A stretch of DNA of 32,000 bases from Mycolicibacterium smegmatis (GTDB lineage: Bacteria > Actinomycetota > Actinomycetes > Mycobacteriales > Mycobacteriaceae): contig NZ_LN831039.1 of the NCBI RefSeq assembly GCF_001457595.1, positions 2,460,001 through 2,492,000 on the forward strand, in the 5' to 3' direction. Within the stretch, counting starts at the first letter, position 1. Every line of letters starts with the position of its first letter. The translations under genes and the position numbers were made by a program. Positions 29,068 through 32,000 of the stretch are shown here, one piece after another. The notes under the pieces were generated by a model. The model saw only the letters and a program-made list of their open reading frames with translations. It did not search any database and was not told the origin of the DNA.

Positions 29068-30309
29068 GTGGCGACGATCCTCGCGTACACCTCGCCCGCC
29101 CTGGGTCACGTCTATCCGCTCGCGGCCCTGCTGACCGAACTGGCCTGCCGCGGACACGAGATCCACCTGCGCACCATGGCCCGCGAGGTGGAGGCCATGC
29201 GCGCCGCCGGCTTCCGGGCAGATGCCGTGGCACCCGAGATCGAGGCGATCCGCGGCGACGACCGATCCACGTCCGACGCACTGGAAGTGCTCGCGATGTC
29301 CCTCGACGTGTTGTGCAGCAGGGCCGCTTCGGAGGTCGACGACATCCGCGACGCGATCGCCCGGTCACGGCCCGACCTGGTGATCGTCGACGCGAACTGC
29401 TGGGGTGCCATGGCCGCGGCCGAGGCCGAAGGGCTGCCATGGGTGGTGTTCTCACCGTTCACGCCGTACCTGCGATCACGTGGGGTACCGCCGTTCGGGC
29501 CGGGACTGCGACCGTGGCCGGGCCTGCCCGGACGGGCACGTGACGCGCTCATGCGCCGCGTCACCGGACGCATGTTCGACGACCCGGTGTTGCGGCGCAT
29601 GAATCCGCTGCGCGCTGAAGCCGGTGTGCCAGAAGTGGATTCGGTGGACGCCATGATGCGCCGCGCGCCGCTGACACTCGGGGTGGGCGGACGTCCGTTC
29701 GAATACCCGCATCCCGATTGGGGGGATTCGGTACACCAGCTCGGCGCATGCGTGTTCGAACCGGGACCGGTCGCCGAACCGCCCTGGCTCGCCGAGATCG
29801 ACCGGCCCGTCGTGCTGGTCAACACATCTTCGATCGCGCAGGCCGATACGATCCTGGCGCACACCGCGCTTGCGGCCTTCGCCGACGAACCGGTCCACGT
29901 CGTCGCGACGTTCCCCGCCGGTGTCCCGGACGGTCTGCCGCGGCCGGCCAACGCGACCATCGGTGAGTACATCCCGCACGGTGTGGTGCTGGACCGCACG
30001 GTGTGCGTGGTCACCCACGGCGGAATGGGGACCACGCTCAAGGCGCTGGACCGGGGTATCCCGGTGTGCGTGGTGCCGTTCGCGCGGGACCAGGCCGAGG
30101 TGGCCCGTCGGGTACAGATGGCGCGGTGCGGAACACGCCTGCCCGCCAAGCATCTCAGCGCCGCGCGTCTGCGCCGGAAGGTGCGTCAGGCCATGGCGAT
30201 GAGCGATGGCGCGCGACGTGTCGCCGCGGGGTTCGCCGCCACCGGCGGTGTGGTGCGCGGCGCCGATCTCATCGAGCAGCAGGTGTTTTCATCCGAGATG
30301 CGGATGTGA
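29068..30309 (+). CDS. GT1-family (MGT/CrtX-like) nucleotide-sugar glycosyltransferase
   Basis: GTG 29068 gives VATILAYTSPALGHVYPLAALLTELACRGHEI, the GT1 N-terminal acceptor-domain motif. The C-terminal donor motif is VVTHGGMGTTLKALDRGIPVCVVPFARDQAEVARRV. It starts 5 nt after the fni stop. The track's 28714 start is an alternate frame of fni. Confidence 0.85.
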   Translation: MATILAYTSPALGHVYPLAALLTELACRGHEIHLRTMAREVEAMRAAGFRADAVAPEIEAIRGDDRSTSDALEVLAMSLDVLCSRAASEVDDIRDAIARSRPDLVIVDANCWGAMAAAEAEGLPWVVFSPFTPYLRSRGVPPFGPGLRPWPGLPGRARDALMRRVTGRMFDDPVLRRMNPLRAEAGVPEVDSVDAMMRRAPLTLGVGGRPFEYPHPDWGDSVHQLGACVFEPGPVAEPPWLAEIDRPVVLVNTSSIAQADTILAHTALAAFADEPVHVVATFPAGVPDGLPRPANATIGEYIPHGVVLDRTVCVVTHGGMGTTLKALDRGIPVCVVPFARDQAEVARRVQMARCGTRLPAKHLSAARLRRKVRQAMAMSDGARRVAAGFAATGGVVRGADLIEQQVFSSEMRM

Positions 30310-30679
30310 GTGCACTCGTGATGCGACGGCGCCTGGCGAACAGCAGCACCCAGGAGAGCGCGGCCGCGGTGAACGCGGCGGCCTGTGCGGCACCGGTGCG
30401 GTTGGCCGGGTAGAGCACACCGTCGGCGTAGTGGTCGATGAAATCGTCCGCGGGCAGCGGCTTGAGCCCGGCCCGCACGCGTGCCCACTGCTCCAGGTGT
30501 GTGAGCGGGCAGCGCAGCCGTAGCGCGACGACGAAAGCGCCCCAGATCACCGTCGGCACATGGAACGCCAGGGTGCGGGGCCAGCGCAGCGCGAGGAATC
30601 CGCCGCTCGGCAGATACAACAGGTAACCGAAGTGTGCACCGACCGTGATCGCCACGAGCGCGGTGTACGCCTTCTTCAT
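30269..30679 (-). CDS. DUF2784-like small membrane protein
   Basis: ATG 30679 gives MKKAYTALVAITVGAHFGYLLYLPSGGFLALRWPRTLAFHVPTVIWGAFVVALRLRCPLTHLEQWAR...FIDHY. This matches my memory of the DUF2784 pattern (two TM helices, CPLT.LE.W, a third TM helix). It starts 7 nt after the Rieske gene stop. Its 3' end overlaps the convergent GT1 gene by 41 nt. Confidence 0.65.
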   Translation of the reverse strand: MKKAYTALVAITVGAHFGYLLYLPSGGFLALRWPRTLAFHVPTVIWGAFVVALRLRCPLTHLEQWARVRAGLKPLPADDFIDHYADGVLYPANRTGAAQAAAFTAAALSWVLLFARRRRITSALTSASRMKTPAAR

Positions 30680-30686
30680 GCACCGA

Positions 30687-31703
30687 TTATGGGCCCTGTC
30701 CGGTGGTGCGGCGGTGATCTCGCTGGTGATGCCGAATCTGATACCGCCGCTCCGCGTACACCAGGTCGTCACGCCACAAGCGGTTCGCGGCATGCCGCAT
30801 CAGCGGCGTGATCAAGGCCGCGGCGCGTCGAGCGTGACGGAAACCGGCCCGATCCGATTGCGCGACGACGGCTTCCACCACGGCGGTGCGGGGGCGTCCG
30901 TCTGTGCCGGGTCCGAGCGGCGTGGCGTGCGTCTCGACGATGCTCCCGGCGCCTTCGCCGTCGACGATCCGCATCACGATGGTGCGGGCACTCGGACACG
31001 TGAACTCGGCGACCACCGGCACACCCAGCCGACCGAGGCGGAACGTCACCGACAGCAGGAACCGGTCGTCCTCCTCGGTCGGGGTGCTCAGCACCTCCAG
31101 GCGGGTGAACGAGTACGGGTGGAACCAGTTGCCGTGCCACGGGTCGAGTCGGTTGGCGATGATGTCACTCGGTTCGCACACACCCACCAGACGGGTGAGG
31201 GCATGCAACGTCTCGCCCGCCGGACGGGTCGGCACCACCGGGACAGTCAGGGGGTCCTCTCCGCCGAGTTCGTCGAGGCGCACCCACGCCAGCACGCCGT
31301 CGTCGTGGCTCGGCAACGGTGCCCAACCGAATTCGCAGGTTTTCCCGGTGAGCGGCAGGCCGTGCCACCGGCAGATCAGCGAACCGTCGTCGACCACCCC
31401 GGTGGCCAGATCGGCACCCAGGTGCGGACAGCTGCGCGGCCCCACCCGCAGGTGGCCTTGCCGGTCGCGCCACGCGACGACCTCGATCCCGCCGATCGTC
31501 GTGCCGAAGGGGCGGTCGGCGCGGATCTCGCGGTTGGCGCCGAGCACGTACCAGTTGCCCGTCGGGCGACGTTGCGAGCGGCGCAGGGCCGCCTCGATGA
31601 TCGCGGGTTTGGCCTCGCCGTAGGTGGGCCGTTGCTCGGACCAGCGCGGTGATGAAATGAGTTGCAACGGCCAGTCCTTGGGCCACCGATCACCGATCTT
31701 CAA
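30687..31703 (-). CDS. Rieske [2Fe-2S] non-heme iron oxygenase (alpha-subunit-like, ~340 aa)
   Basis: The Rieske motif is CPHLGADLATGVVDDGSLICRWHG (CxH-x16-CxxH). The mononuclear-iron motif is DPWHGNWFH (D-x2-H-x4-H). The preferred start is TTG 31703, 4 nt behind GGAGGG, forming a TTGA overlap with the upstream stop. ATG 31736 is the alternative and would give a 37-nt overlap. Confidence 0.82.
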   Translation of the reverse strand: MKIGDRWPKDWPLQLISSPRWSEQRPTYGEAKPAIIEAALRRSQRRPTGNWYVLGANREIRADRPFGTTIGGIEVVAWRDRQGHLRVGPRSCPHLGADLATGVVDDGSLICRWHGLPLTGKTCEFGWAPLPSHDDGVLAWVRLDELGGEDPLTVPVVPTRPAGETLHALTRLVGVCEPSDIIANRLDPWHGNWFHPYSFTRLEVLSTPTEEDDRFLLSVTFRLGRLGVPVVAEFTCPSARTIVMRIVDGEGAGSIVETHATPLGPGTDGRPRTAVVEAVVAQSDRAGFRHARRAAALITPLMRHAANRLWRDDLVYAERRYQIRHHQRDHRRTTGQGP

Positions 31704-32000
31704 CTCGCCCTCCGCTCTTCGCGCGTGGCCAGCCATCTCAGCGGCGCGAACCGGCCTGCGGTCGGGACGGACCTCAGCGCGTGGCCGGCCACACCCCACC
31801 GGTTGAGCAGCACGTTGGCCGCGGCCCAGCCGGTGGTGGCCGCGCGTTCCATCAGCGCCGCGGGCAGATCGAGGCGGATGCCGTCGCCAGCGAGAACGAG
31901 CCCCGGTACGCCCGTGACGACGCCAGGACGGTCGGCATGGGAGCCCGGTGCGAACAGCGGGCAGTCGTCGCGCACCAGGACACGTTCGAAAACCGGTTCG
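31700..32000 (-). CDS. FAD-dependent oxidoreductase of the amine-oxidase / carotenoid-desaturase fold (3' part only; the gene continues beyond the right edge)
   Basis: The minus frame is open from 32000 (EPVFERVLVRDDCPLFAPGSHADRPG...). The C-terminal FAD-binding signature is GLVLAGDGIRLDLPAALMERAATTGWAAANVLL, as in phytoene-desaturase/CrtU/HpnE-like enzymes. The stop is at 31700-31702. Confidence 0.7.
   Translation of the reverse strand, partial: EPVFERVLVRDDCPLFAPGSHADRPGVVTGVPGLVLAGDGIRLDLPAALMERAATTGWAAANVLLNRWGVAGHALRSVPTAGRFAPLRWLATREERRAS

Overview
This is a GC-rich actinobacterial chromosome segment in which long ORFs occur in all six frames, so most track ORFs are antisense or out-of-frame artefacts. 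The proteins match my memory of Mycolicibacterium smegmatis orthologues of M. tuberculosis Rv3050c to Rv3033, in inverted order. I could run no search, so every family name rests on motifs I read myself plus recalled homologues.

I support about 31 protein-coding genes. In order they are:
- a partial geranylgeranyl-reductase-like flavoprotein, then a TetR regulator, a Baeyer-Villiger monooxygenase and a SnoaL-like lipoprotein
- nrdF2
- a membrane-anchored esterase, a GT-C glycosyltransferase and an LLM monooxygenase
- adhC, a YciI-family gene, fecB, ctaD and serB2
- a small Cys-containing secreted protein
- a divergent MocR / YczE pair
- an overlap-coupled block of orphan ABC ATPase, Nudix hydrolase, echA17, two SAM methyltransferases and a TB22.2-like secreted protein
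- an alanine/glycine:cation symporter
- the Rv3035, Rv3034c and Rv3033 homologues
- an isoprenoid/carotenoid-type island at the right edge: type-2 IPP isomerase, GT1 glycosyltransferase, DUF2784 protein and a Rieske non-heme oxygenase coupled to a partial FAD desaturase-like gene

I saw no rRNA, tRNA, CRISPR array, transposase, integrase or large repeat.

Most of the window is ordinary core genome. The parts most worth a second look are:
- the Rieske / flavoprotein / GT1 / IDI-2 island
- the uncharacterised ABC-Nudix-crotonase-methyltransferase operon with a YczE gene overlapping its first gene
- the MocR-YczE control region, which has phased GCCAG half-sites
- the esterase plus GT-C pair
- several small regulatory structures: candidate NrdR boxes, an 11-bp perfect palindrome, a strong terminator and two leaderless-type promoters

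Nothing here can be shown to be a novel system from sequence alone.
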